Shown here: piece after piece, positions 26,383 through 38,910 of the stretch
Numbering within the stretch: position 1 is the stretch's first letter
How the letters are laid out: the number at the start of each line of letters is the position of its first letter
Assembly (NCBI GenBank): GCA_964016885.1
Contig: OZ024744.1
Span: 38,688,001-38,752,000 of the forward strand
DNA: 64,000 nucleotides
Direction: 5' to 3'
Source of the DNA: Eledone cirrhosa
Lineage: Eukaryota
Notes under the pieces: generated by a model
What the model was told of the DNA's origin: nothing
Databases searched by the model: none
What the model saw: only the letters and a program-made list of their open reading frames with translations
Translations under genes and position numbers: made by a program

Positions 26383-28965
26383 CTAAGTAATTGGCTTAAA
26401 GTGGTAAAAGGAATTAAGATTCATGTGTATACAAGAAGAAAATATCTCTGATTTCCTATTGAGCAGGTTACATCTAGAGTATATTATGGCGTGAGATTCT
26501 AGAAGGCACAGGTTGCAAGTTTTGCTCGGGAGGCAGTAGGGCGTAGATTTAGTCACCAATCTCCAATTAAGGGTATAATCGATACTATCATTTTTTTTTA
26601 AATGAATATATTTAGCTAGGGAGGTGGCATTCTTGAGCCTATCGTAACTAAATGTATATTTGTGGGAGTTGTATCTAGTCTTAAATGAGGTAGAAGTAGA
26701 GCCCACATATGTTTTGGTGGAGGTTGCCGTTACAACATCACATGCATAAACTATATTTCTCATGAGGCAATTTCCCTTCAAAGGGTAATTTTCACTCCAT
26801 CTACAATTACAATTTTGGTGTGTGTAGCTGTTCGTGTCCTGGGAGGGCCGGTTGGTAAAACCTTCCCGATATGGTATATGTTCTTCCGAGGTGTTGTTAC
26901 CACACTCAGGCACCTCATTTCCCAATGTGTTTGGTTGTTGGTGGTCATTTACAGATTTGATTGTGTCGAACCTTACTCTAATTTTCCTATTATTAGTGCG
27001 GGCTAGGTGGTAGTTTGGGGGTAGTGGAGTAAGATAATTTAATCGTACTTTTATTAATTATACTATAGTATCTACTGCTAGGCGGGAAATTCTTTTCTAG
27101 GATTAAGAAGAAGGTTTTGGGTATGTTAGTTAATACTTCTGAGTTGTAGGGAGGGTTAAAGTATGTGTTCAGTCTTCTACTTTTTCTATTTTTCCCCACA
27201 GGAGTCAGGTTAATGTTAGAACTACCACTACCCCTACCGCTGTCAATATTATTGCCACGATATACCTGCTGTGAAACTCTCGCATTATTTTGGTCACTAC
27301 TCCCATTAAAAACACTACGATGCTTATATATTCTAGATTTAATCATACCGCTATTAGTGTCACTAGCAGAAATATGGGGAGGATGCACAACCGGGCCATT
27401 CTGTCGGGGCCGGGCCGAACCAGTCACCGTAGGGGTCTTATCCCTACTCCTATTTCTATTACTATTATTATTCAAAAACATATTGTGCGTAATTATACTA
27501 TTAGGTCTAGCATGGGTGGATTGGGAGCTAGTAGGTATGTAATATAGTTTATTCCTATAGCCAGACTTTGCTCGTGCCTCGTTATAATATTCAACATTTG
27601 AGTTTAAAATGTCTTCGTTACAAGATAAACGGCTAATCCTATTAGATACGCCTTTAATAATTGCATTTAGTACTGATTGAGGATGGTTGGAATCAGCATT
27701 CACATATGTTAGTCTCTCATTAGGTTTATGATAAGGTGTGAAGATCCTATTTTCAAGGTCAAGTGTTACATCTAAGAAATTCACAGTTTTATTATTCTTA
27801 TCTATAGTGATACTAAGGTTAAAACCTTTAAAAAATGTATGTAGGTCCTTCTTTGTCCTTTCAATGTTATATTTTTTATGCTCAAGGGTGAGGAGGGCAT
27901 CGTCACGGTATAAATTACCGCGAAGATACGGAAGTGCTTTATGCAGCTCATGGAGTAGGTAGAGTCCAACTAAATCAGTGATCTGCGCAGAGTCACCAGA
28001 TCCTATTGTGATATTAAAGTTGTTAGTTGTGTTCTTCCGGGTCCATAATTGCTCCTCAAATAGGATTAAAATTTTAGGTGCGGCAAGAACGATATCAACT
28101 TGGGATCTGGTTAGATCACTATTCTGTATGGCCCGGAGGAGGGCCTTATTCAAAAGGATGGGAGATATAGATGTGTAATACGAATTAATATTAAATTGGA
28201 CGAACATAAGGGATTTATGGTTACTAATGCTGGAGAACCATTGAATCACTTCCTCCGTTTCCCCCCACAGTTTAAGGTAAATTTTATTTCTAATTACTGG
28301 AATGACTCCATCTAGAATCTTCTTACTTATGATTCTTATGTTTGATTTAGATGGGCTAATCAATCTAACAGAGGGGTTGCTAATAAAGTCTTCCTTGTGA
28401 TCTTTTAGTGTAAACCTAGGTTGCTTAGGGGTGAATGGTTGTGTGTACCTCTCTAGTATTAATTTTTTAACAATATCGAGCCCCTCCTTATTTATTTCAT
28501 CCAGGTTAGTGTAGGTTGTCTTTTTATAGTTCTTATTGAGTTCTTTATAAATGAACCTGCGATACGTTTTATAATCTAGGCTATAAATATTTTTAGTTTT
28601 ATCTGATGGCACTAGGATAGAGTCGTTGTCGCCAAATCCCTTAACTATAGATTTGAGGTTTCTACGGAATTTATTAGTATCAATATGATATTTCCTATAT
28701 CTAACATTCCTTACCAGAGTTAAAAAATCCTTTTCAAAGTCATCTAGCATACTGTTATGTGGTGGATTCTTGTAAGTCCTAAAGCCATATTTATTCTCAC
28801 GGGTCACTAGCCGGGTGTTGTCCCGGTTCCTATCAAAGTGGAGGCTCACCACCTAATACGTTTGACATAGGAGTTAACACTAGCAATGAGCAACCTCTCA
28901 TATGTATTCCTAGATGAGATGGGTATGTTCCTAAGTGACAAAGGTAGGTAGTCTTTGGTTAGCAT
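26383..28965 (-). pseudogene. PLE polyprotein (RT + GIY-YIG), two frameshifts
   Basis: ATG at 28965 gives MLTKDYLPLSLRNIPIS...KRIRW, then a shift into ORF 26993-28852 (SDKT, VRLISP, LYRDD, VNFLD), then ORF 26383-26925 (CNC, NIVYAC...YVGST, FKTRYNSH, CNLC). Confidence 0.88.
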
Positions 28966-29181
28966 ACCGTCAGGTTTATATAATCATACACTAGTGGATG
29001 TGTAGGTTATATCTATTAGCTCTACCAGAGGGAGCAGTATTATTTATTTAGGTAGACCACGGAGCATATGCGCATAAACGCACCTGTACTGTATTTGTGA
29101 GAGTATTGTATAAGCTCAATGTACGAGAACAGAGCCGTTATATATAAAAGAAATCAAAGAACGCCTACATACTCATACAAT

Positions 29182-29241
29182 TTTTATTTGCTGACAACGT
29201 TTCATCCACACCATTGGGCAGGAATCATCAGAGCTTTATAA
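29182..29241 (-). ncRNA. Type-I hammerhead in the PLE pLTR; the core is mutated in sister copies at ~23555-23610 (CTGATAA) and ~29785-29842 (CTAATGA)
   Basis: Minus strand: ttataaagct-CTGATGA-ttcc...ggat-GAAA-cgtt-GTC-agcaaataa. Confidence 0.7.
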
Positions 29242-29957
29242 ACAAAAATACAGTGCTTAGTCACATGAACATTAGAAATACAATAGAGGGCAACAAGAGG
29301 GAGATCGGAAATGGCGAGTATGGAGACAGAGTGCATAGTGGGTTGTTATTCAGCACTACAGCTAAATGCAATGGTACAGGCAGATATTTTCACAAGTTGC
29401 AGAAGCACGTGAGGGCACATAAAGGCAAAAAGTATAAACAACGCATAGCTTCCTCTGTTTTTTGTGTGCTTTAAAACTTTTTCTTTTCTCTTTTTTAATT
29501 TTTTTATTTTTTATCGCTTTATATTATTATTTTCCTTTTAATTTATTATTATATGTTTTAACTATTGTTTATACTTTTTGCCTTTATGTGCCCTCACGTG
29601 CTTCTGCATCTTGTGAAAATATCTGCCTGTACCATTGCATTTAGCTGTAGTGCTGAATAACAACCCTACTATGCACTCTCTCCATACTCGCCATTCACGA
29701 TCTCCCTCTTGTTGCCCTCTATTGTATTTCTAATGTTCATGTGACTAAGCTCGGTAGAGCTTATACTCAGCACTGCATTTTTGTTTATAAAGCTCTAATG
29801 ATTCCTGGCCGATGGTATGGAAGAAACATTGTCAGCAAATAAAAAGTGTATGAGTATGTAGGAGTTCTTTGATTTCTTTTACATTGAGCTTATACAATAC
29901 TGTCACAAATACGACACGGTACAGGTGCGTTTATGCACATATGCTCCATGGTCTACG

Positions 29958-30033
<76 letters not shown>

Positions 30034-30228
30034 TATTTTGTGTATTTGTTTATATTTAAGTTGTTTTTATTTATCCCCCCTCCGCCGCACACTCACACCT
30101 ATCGTTGTCAATACGCCCTTCCCCCTTTTTTTACTTTATTTTGTTTTTGATTTTGATTTTTACTTTCTTATATATATTTATTTATATATACAAAAAATAT
30201 ATGTGCCCCCACTTATGCCAAGCAAGTC

Positions 30229-31380
30229 ATGGGATACCTGGAAATCACCCTCTACACTAAAGTCCTAAACCAATTTGGAAACACCCTCCACTTACACATT
30301 GAAAGGAACTGGAAGCGATATCTAGAGGACTGCTTCATCCTTTGGCACGAAAACATCGAAAAACTTAAAGAATTTCACACCCTTATAAATGGGCTCAACA
30401 CGAATATTAACTTCACGATGGAATACAGCCATCAACAACTCCCCTTCCTCGACATCCTCATTAAGATCCATAACAAAAAAATAGAAACAGACATATACTA
30501 CAAGCCCACAGACTCCAAGCAATATCTCCCTTTCAACTCTTGCCACCCTAGACACGTTAAAATTAATATTCCCTACAACTTAGCCAAAAGAATCTGTACT
30601 ATAGTCTCCAATAAAAACATCTGCTATTTACGGCTACAAGAACTAAAGGACACACTCATAGGCAGGGACTACACTGCATCACTAATTGACAATGGAATCC
30701 AACGTGCCCTAAAACTCAGTACCCAGGACCTTAGACACCCTAAAGTAAATCAACCGAAACTAAAAGCTCTTCCATACATCTCCACACACAACCCCCTCAA
30801 CAATGAGGCCTTTGACACCATCCTCCAGAACATCCCTGCGTTGAAAAAGGACCATAGAATGAACCAAATCCTACGAACACACGATATCATAAAGAGCAAA
30901 AAACAATCCAAGTCAATGAAAAACATCCTAACACATGCCAAAGTACTGCCAACCACAACAACGAAACCCACAGTAAAAAAATGCGATAGACCCAACTGTG
31001 GCATTTTCATCAACCTAATAGAGGGTTCGGAATTCTATTTCAAAGAAGGACAACGTTTTATAGTAAAACACAATTTCACATGTGCATCGGAAAATCTAAT
31101 ATATGTATTAACTTGTTCAGGTTGTCGAGAACAATACATAGGCCAAACCAAAAACAGCCTCCGCCAACGCATGACTGTCCATAGATCCCAAATCAAAATA
31201 CGGGAATACAGGAAAATACCACTGAGTGAACACATTGATGCCTGTGCCGCCCAAAATCATCCCAACTTCAGAATCTTTCCCCTCTACAAATTTAAAGATA
31301 ATGCCACCCCCACCCAGCGCATCAGCAAGGAATCTTACTTCATTAACAAATACGGACCCCGTCTAAACACTTCTCCCTAA
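30229..31380 (+). pseudogene. 5'-truncated PLE of a different (Neptune-like) clade: RT C-terminus + Zn-finger linker + GIY-YIG
   Basis: LPFLD, YYKPTD, SCHP motifs; KCDRPNC linker; NLIYVLTCSGC...YIGQT; LRQRMTVH. The catalytic motif reads RYLED, apparently decayed. Confidence 0.85.
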
Positions 31381-31497
31381 GACGAACCCACAACATACAC
31401 ACGTCAACATACATACCTACATCAGCACACATCTCTACCCACATATAAACACAAAACATACGTAAACACACATGCTCTATGGTGCAACACAAAAATA

Positions 31498-31543
<46 letters not shown>

Positions 31544-31996
31544 ATATATGTATGTGTATATATATAGTGAATATCATTTCACACCTTTTCTTGTTAAGAT
31601 TTTTGATGTTCTATTAAGAGAACCGATTTTACTGAAAAATCGAATAATGTACACCATTTTACCAGGGGGAAAAATACTGGTCCACCCACACACACATTCT
31701 CACACACACACACACATATATATATACACACACACATACACACGCGTACATTAACATACAAAGAGACTTATACATACACACACACATACGCACTTCTCCG
31801 TATAAGACAAAAGCTGAAAAATATCTTTTGACATGCTAAAATACCCCCCATTGCTTACAGACACATTCTTACTGACCATCCCTGCTACCACAAATTACTC
31901 TGCTATATACACACACACACACTTGTCTTAATAGCCATTTGACACACATCCCTGCTAACCATTATCACAACATCGAACACCTTACTACTACTACTA

Positions 31997-32034
<38 letters not shown>

Positions 32035-32873
32035 TTGTTGTGAAAGAGTCATTTCTCAATCTTGGCGCAAAACCAATGTTTTATTCACATGACCTCTACC
32101 GACCAATCAAAATTGTTTTGACCACAAGAATTTTTGCAAACACCAAGTAGCGCTGGAGCCACTTTTTTAACATAAAAACAGGTAGAATTCCCAAAACTAA
32201 TCAGATCAGAGCAAACAACACGGACACTCTATTTCAAAATTATTTTTGAAAAGCATTTAGAAATGCGCAACCGGTAAAAACTTAAAAACTTAAAACCACA
32301 ACTGAATACTAACCCATACAATTACTAATACTCTTTTATTCCTAATTAAACCATTTTTCAACTGTGAACAATTTGTCAGCATTTTCTATTCCGTTTACCA
32401 ATATATATATATATATATATATATAGGAACCAGTAGGACCCCGACAGCTGAGCTCAAGCCGTTTCGACGGCTAATTCTGGACTAAATGAAAATTTATCCT
32501 GGTATTTAAATAGCCGATCTTCTCAAGGGGTAATTCCATATATGGTCAAAGTGATTGTCAAAAATCAGTAGTAATTCTGTGGTTGCAAATTAGTAGGGGA
32601 GATGGTGGCTAAACCTGCCAGTAGGAGAAAGAGGGGAGGGGGTGGAGTAGACCCAATCAAGCGTTGGTAGTGCCAGCTACAGCTGGGCATGAGGTCAAAG
32701 AAGATACAGGGGAGGGGGAGGGGGAGGAAGTCGGAAGTAGGTAGAACAATGGGGGGTAGAAATATATAGAAAAGCAAATAAGTGTAAAGAAAAAAGTAAA
32801 GTAAATTAAATTCTACGACCTAGGTGTCAGGCTATTGTTAGGCTAGAATAAAATAAAGAAAGAAAGAAAGAAG

Positions 32874-32908
<35 letters not shown>

Positions 32909-33763
32909 CGAAAAAAGTAAAAGAACTAGGTGGGACGGATTAGGCAAGGACCCTTTTAAGAGGTATAAGTACGTAAATGATACGGTGACGGGTCAACAAA
33001 AGGGGCCAAAATACTAAAGAGACTACCACGAAATACACAATAAAGGTTTCCATCCCGGGCCAGCAACGACCCAGTGCAGCAAAGTGAACTTGTACGAGAT
33101 AGTAATTCTGAGTCCCGAGAAAAATATATACTAATGCTAACTCTAAAAGATCTAAGACAAGCTACATGAAAGTTCGTACGAAATAAAGGTAGAATACGGA
33201 GAAATAAATTCAGAATCCACCCCGCCCAGAAGAAAAGCGAAGCAAGAGATACTGAAACGAAAAAATAAGGCATAAGTGCCACTAAGAAATATAGAGGGCA
33301 CAGAGAATAGTGGGGGCGGTCGGAAAAAGGGGGCAAGTATCCGGGGTCTAAGCCAACTGCTATAAAGGGCGGAGTCCGCCAAATCTATCATAGACTAGGG
33401 GAGGGGGTGGTGGGGGTACTAAGGCTACATGGGGCCAAAGGGCAGCCTCGGGTGGGCGAGAAAAGACGCTGACAAAGGAGAAGAGCTGGGGTAGAAGGAC
33501 AAAGGAGAGAGGGGGGAAGGAAATAAAGAAAGCGATAAAAGAATACAAAGAAGATCTTACGTCTTCCTTGGCAAGCAGGGGTTACCCATTGCAAAATCGG
33601 CAAGTGGGGTGTTATAGCCCTAGTCTACCCCCCCCCCCCCCCCCCGGGTCATTATGGGGTTTGAGGGCGAAGTAAGTCCTACGCAATCTATGTTTACATG
33701 CAGTAACCAGTTCATCTTTCTTGTTTAGGAGTTGTTACCTACAAATCTCCGCCCCTGAACCCC

Positions 33764-35713
33764 TTGCTCGCACCCTTCGAGAATGACCTCTTCCAACTGG
33801 TCAAGAACATTAAATTTAAACCCAGACACAACCGATTCCTACAAAAACTCCGTAGCAACTTAACAGAGTATGATAACACAAATGACATCATGGTGCATTC
33901 GGATAAAACTGGGAACCTATACTTTGTCAACCCTGACAGATACCACACACTGATCAGGAGCAGCCTAAACTCCACCTATAAAAAGGCCAACCACTCTTGC
34001 ATCGAGGACATAAATCGAGATGGACAACAAATCACCTCCAGCCTCGGGGTCGCCGACCGCACGGAACCTCTAGACCCACGGACACCATACTTCACACTGA
34101 AGGACCATAAATCCGATTTTGACCGTAAACCCTCTATCAGGCTTATTAACCCAACGAAGTCCGACATAGGGAGAATCAGCAAAAAAATCCCAGACCGCGT
34201 GATACCAAAAGTCAAGCAACCCACCCGACTTAGCCTATGGATCAACACCCAGGAAGTAATCTCCTGGTTCAGCAATATGGAGGATAAACGAGAAACTAAA
34301 TTCATACAGTTCGACATAGAGAGCTACTATGCTTCAATCACCTTACCGCTACTTACTGCCGCCTTGGACTTCGCCGAAACACTCGTGCCCATCACCGACC
34401 AGGAAAGAAAAATCATCCTCCACGCCAGGAAGACAGTCTTACTCTTTGACGACTCTAAATGGATAAAAAGAGCTCCCGACTCACCCTTCGACGTCAGCAT
34501 GGGCGCCACGGATTCGGCGGAGGTCACTGATCTTATAGGATTATTCCTAATAGCCAAACTCACTGATATGTTTCCTGCATTCGGTGGTGGATTGTACCGT
34601 GATGATGGGCTCCTTACCCTTAAAGGGTACAACCCCAGTAGTACAGATCGGGTCCGGAAACAATTAATCAGATTCTTCCGCGACTGGGGATTTAAAATAA
34701 CCCTACAAACGTCCCTGACCCGAGTAAACTTCCTGGACGTGACCCTCGACCTCGAAAACGACCTGTACTACCCATACAGGAAACCTAATGACAATCTGCA
34801 CTACATCCACCGCCGATCAAACCATCCTAGGAACATCACAAACAACCTGGTCAAAAACATCTCCCTCCGCATATCCCGTTTGTCAGCTAATGAGTGGATA
34901 TTCGATGAACATGCGCCTTATTACAACCAGGCCCTCAAGCGGAGTGGTTTCCGGGAGGAAATATCCTACTGTCCAGCTCCCATTAGCGGAACCAGCAGGA
35001 GACACCGCCGCTCACGCAATGTAACATGGTTCAATCCTCCCCACAACGCAGAGGTGACTACTCCCATCGGGAAACTATTATTTAGGCTCATTGAAAAACA
35101 CTTCCCATTACAACACCGCTACCACAACATAATTAACAAAAATACCATCAAACTCTCTTACAGCACTACACCAAACTTCGCACAAAACATCGTCTCCTCT
35201 AACAACAAAAAACTCAACCCCGATGGCAGAAATAACCTAAATAGCAGTGGAGAACCGATCAGGAGGTGTAACTGCCCGGATAGATCTATTTGCCCACTCG
35301 ACAATAGATGCAGAGACCGTAATGTGATCTACCAGTGCAACGTGAGGACGGATACCTCCAACAAAGCCTATATAGGACTTACCGCATGTGACTTCAAGAC
35401 CCGGCTATACCAACATAGACATACCTTCCGAAACCCGGCCCGGCGTCACGCCACTACACTTTCGGGCCACATATGGGACCTCAAGGACAACAACATCACC
35501 TATGATCTCACTTGGAGATTACTGTCCAGAGCCAATTCTTACACGGGAGGACGCCGTCCGTGCAATTTATGCTCGGAGGAAACTTTACAAATGCTGTTTT
35601 CGACGGACCAACTCCTAAACAAGAAAGATGAACTGGTTACTGCATGTAAACATAGATTGCGTAGGACTTACCTCGCCCTCAAACCCTATAATGACCCGGG
35701 GGGGGTAGACTAG
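33764..35713 (+). CDS. PLE reverse transcriptase + GIY-YIG endonuclease, uninterrupted 649 codons but N-terminally truncated at the inversion junction (~33737)
   Basis: SDKT, IRLINPTKS, FDIESYY, MGATDS, LYRDDG, VNFLD, WFNPP, CNCPDRSIC, NVIYQC...YIGLT, FKTRLYQH, CNLCSEE. It lacks the N-terminal segment seen in the 28965 paralog. Confidence 0.9.
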   Translation: MLAPFENDLFQLVKNIKFKPRHNRFLQKLRSNLTEYDNTNDIMVHSDKTGNLYFVNPDRYHTLIRSSLNSTYKKANHSCIEDINRDGQQITSSLGVADRTEPLDPRTPYFTLKDHKSDFDRKPSIRLINPTKSDIGRISKKIPDRVIPKVKQPTRLSLWINTQEVISWFSNMEDKRETKFIQFDIESYYASITLPLLTAALDFAETLVPITDQERKIILHARKTVLLFDDSKWIKRAPDSPFDVSMGATDSAEVTDLIGLFLIAKLTDMFPAFGGGLYRDDGLLTLKGYNPSSTDRVRKQLIRFFRDWGFKITLQTSLTRVNFLDVTLDLENDLYYPYRKPNDNLHYIHRRSNHPRNITNNLVKNISLRISRLSANEWIFDEHAPYYNQALKRSGFREEISYCPAPISGTSRRHRRSRNVTWFNPPHNAEVTTPIGKLLFRLIEKHFPLQHRYHNIINKNTIKLSYSTTPNFAQNIVSSNNKKLNPDGRNNLNSSGEPIRRCNCPDRSICPLDNRCRDRNVIYQCNVRTDTSNKAYIGLTACDFKTRLYQHRHTFRNPARRHATTLSGHIWDLKDNNITYDLTWRLLSRANSYTGGRRPCNLCSEETLQMLFSTDQLLNKKDELVTACKHRLRRTYLALKPYNDPGGVD

Positions 35714-37099
35714 GGCTATAACACCCCACTTGCCGATTTTGCAATGGGTAACCCCTGCTTGCCAAGGGAGACGTAAGATCTTCTTTGTATTCTTTTATCG
35801 CTTCCTTTATTTCCTTTCCCCCTCTCTCCTTAGTCCTTCTACCCCAGCTCTTCTCCTTTGTCGGCGTCTTTTCTCGCCCACCCGAGGCTGCCCTTTGGCC
35901 CCTTGTAGCCTTATGGTGTCCATAAGTATGGTGTCCGTGGGTCTAGAGGTTCCGTGCGGTCGGCGACCCCGAGGCTGGAGGTGATTTGTTGTCCATCTCG
36001 ATTTATGTCCTCGATGCAAGAGTGGTTGGCCTTTTTATAGGTGGAGTTTAGGCTGCTCCTGATCAGTGTGTGGTATCTGTCAGGGTTGACAAAGTATAGG
36101 TTCCCAGTTTTATCCGAATGCACCATGATGTCATTTGTGTTATCATACTCTGTTAAGTTGCTACGGAGTTTTTGTAGGAATCGGTTGTGTCTGGGTTTAA
36201 ATTTAATGTTCTTGACCAGTTGGAAGAGGTCATTCTCGAAGGGTGCGAGCAAGGGGTTCAGGGGCGGAGATTTGTAGGTAACAACTCCTAAACAAGAAAG
36301 ATGAACTGGTTACTGCATGTAAACATAGATTGCGTAGGACTTACCTCGCCCACAAACCCCATAATGACCCGGGGGGGGGGGTAGACTAGGGCTATAACAC
36401 CCCACTTGCCGATTTTGCAATGGGTAACCCCTGCTTGCCAAGGAAGACGTAAGATCTTCTTTGTATTCTTTTATCGCTTTCTTTATTTCCTTCCCCCTCT
36501 CTCCTTTGTCCTTCTACCCCAGCTCTTCTCCTTTGTCGGCGTCTTTTCTCGCCCACCCGAGGCTGCCCTTTGGCCCCATGTAGCCTTAGTACCCCCACCA
36601 CCCCCTCCCCTAGTCTATGATAGATTTGGCGGACTCCGCCCTTTATAGCAGTTGGCTTAGACCCCGGATACTTGCCCCCTTTTTCCGACCGCCCCCACTA
36701 TTCTCTGTGCCCTCTATATTTCTTAGTGGCACTTATGCCTTATTTTTTCGTTTCAGTATCTCTTGATTCGCTTTTCTTCTGGGCGGGGTGGATTCTGAAT
36801 TTATTTCTCCGTATTCTACCTTTATTTCGTACGAACTTTCATGTAGCTTGTCTTAGATCTTTTAGAGTTAGCATTAGTATATATTTTTCTCGGGACTCAG
36901 AATTACTATCTCGTACAAGTTCACTTTGCTGCACTGGGTCGTTGCTGGCCCGGGATGGAAACCTTTATTGTGTATTTCGTGGTAGTCTCTTTAGTATTTT
37001 GGCCCCTTTTGTTGACCCGTCACCGTATCATTTACGTACTTATACCTCTTAAAAGGGTCCTTGCCTAATCCGTCCCACCTAGTTCTTTTACTTTTTTCG

Positions 37100-37134
<35 letters not shown>

Positions 37135-37472
37135 CTTCTTTCTTTCTTTCTTTATTTTATTCTAGCCTAACAATAGCCTGACACCTAGGTCGTAGAATTT
37201 AATTTACTTTACTTTTTTCTTTACACTTATTTGCTTTTCTATATATTTCTACCCCCCATTGTTCTACCTACCGTTCCGACTTCCTCCCCCTCCCCCTCCC
37301 CTGTATCTTCTTTGACCTCATGCCCAGCTGTAGCTGGCACTACCAACGCTTGATTGGGTCTACTCCACCCCCTCCCCTCTTTCTCCTACTGGCAGGTTTA
37401 GCCACCATCTCCCCTACTAATTTGCAACCACAGAATTACTACTGATTTTTGACAATCACTTTGACCATATAT

Positions 37473-37584
37473 GGAATTACCCCTTGAGAAGATCGGCTAT
37501 TTAAATACCAGGATAAATGTTCATTTAGTCCAGAATTAGCCGTCGAAACGGCTTGAGCTCAGCTGTCGGGGTCTTACTGGTTCC
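37473..37584 (+). ncRNA. Type-I hammerhead with variant core UUGAGAA (U3-A8); mirror copy at ~32426-32537 on the minus strand
   Basis: Stem I acccc/ggggt extended by ggaatt/ggttcc; core ttgagaa 37484-37490; stem II gatcggcta/tagccgtc; GAAA 37545-37548; stem III acggc/gctgt; GUC 37565-37567. Confidence 0.72.
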
Positions 37585-37663
37585 TATTACCCACTCTACT
37601 ACCTCAAGTATTGAGTACTTTGGTGCGTTATGGTCCACCTGGTTCCTTACCACATTTCCTTCG

Positions 37664-37714
<51 letters not shown>

Positions 37715-38029
37715 CATATATTTTTTGAATTTTTTGTTCTTATTTATTTATTTAGTTATTCCTGTTCCCTAACTACTGTCCATATTTGTGTGTATATGTT
37801 TGTGTATGTATTTATGTTTATATATGTGTGTATGTATGTGTATGTATTTATGTTCCTGTCCGTTTTTCTATATAGACGCAAATACGCTTATGTGAGAAAG
37901 TATCCGTCTACGTACTTTTTAGTATATGCGCGTAGGTGAGTGTGTGTATGTTTACGTTCTGGATATTTATATTTTTATATATATTTTTATATATAAGCAG
38001 AAGGGATATTCAATTTGTTGGTAATTAAA

Positions 38030-38232
38030 CAAATATAAATGTTTATAACTGATTCAGAGCACTCAACAAGTTTTCTGGAGTATAATATTCAATGATATTA
38101 AATAGATGGAAACTATATTTATAAAACCATATTCTATTATATATAAACTTTGGTACCCTTGAAATATATATAATAGAAAAAATATGGTTTTTATGAATAT
38201 AGTTTCCATTTATTTAATATCATTGAATATTT
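38030..38232. mobile_element. Short inverted pLTR-end remnant related to the 22800-22920 terminus (another fragment at ~38720-38790)
   Basis: aatgatattaaatagatggaaactatattt / aatatagtttccatttatttaatatcatt are inverted. Shares gaaatatatataat...atatggtttt...atatagtttccatttatttaatat with 22806-22866. Confidence 0.65.
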
Positions 38233-38289
38233 ACTCTTTTATCTGTTTCAGCCATCCGGCTGAGGCCATGCTGGGGCACCGCCCTTGTA

Positions 38290-38320
<31 letters not shown>

Positions 38321-38414
38321 CCCTTTTTCCTTTTCGCCCGTGTTTTTCAGCCTCACTTTCATATTTCCTAAATTTTGTTTTCAAATCCATATTTAATAAA
38401 TACACCATGTTTTT

Positions 38415-38482
38415 TTATTCCTTCTGACGACTGCAGACAGACGCAACATCTGTCTTCAAGAAACCACTGGTAAATGAAATAA
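38415..38482 (+). ncRNA. Type-I hammerhead candidate; decayed homolog at ~18310-18380 (minus)
   Basis: CTGACGA 38424-38430; stem II agacaga/tctgtct; GAAA 38460-38463; stem III acc/ggt; GUA; stem I ttattcctt/aatgaaataa. Confidence 0.65.
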
Positions 38483-38568
38483 TTATCTTATGTTGTTTAT
38501 TAGATAACTAAAAAATAAATATATATATATATACATGTGAGTGTGTGTATACATATATATATACATGC

Positions 38569-38599
<31 letters not shown>

Positions 38600-38832
38600 C
38601 ATGTGTGTCTGTGTGTATATATATATATACACACACAGACACACATACACATACACACACACAGTCACATACACGCACAATCACAGGCACACACTCACAA
38701 ACATATACACACACATACATAAATGTTTATAACTGATTCAGAGCACTCGACAGTTTTTCTGGAGTATATTATTCAATGATATTAAATAAATGAGGCCGTG
38801 CTGGGGCATATATATATATTATATATATATAC

Positions 38833-38910
<78 letters not shown>

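Larger units (their letters stand above)
23513..29960 (-). mobile_element. Apparently full-length Penelope-like element with direct pLTRs (~23513-23955 and ~29145-29442) plus an inverted pLTR (~29443-29958)
   Basis: aaaagaaatcaaagaacgcctacatactc occurs at 23516 and 29146, and its diverged reverse complement at about 29850-29880. RT-EN ORF lies between the direct repeats. (TA)n at both outer ends. Confidence 0.9.
32423..37664. mobile_element. Young Penelope-like element with a compound inverted structure
   Basis: 32423-34092 is a near-identical reverse complement of 35924-37587. Central ORF is followed by a partial pLTR (about 35700-35911). (TA)n at both ends. Confidence 0.93.

Noticed and set aside
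32956-33603. Hydrophobic ORFs duplicated at 36406-37052
   Set aside because: They lie in the pyrimidine-rich PLE 3' UTR/pLTR and are duplicated only because of the inverted arm; no domain recognised.
18870-37664. All palindromes being fold-back sequencing or amplification artefacts
   Set aside because: Arms differ by substitutions and homopolymer lengths, end at different pLTR positions and coincide with element boundaries. The perfectly identical 3058-5940 array still needs read-level confirmation.
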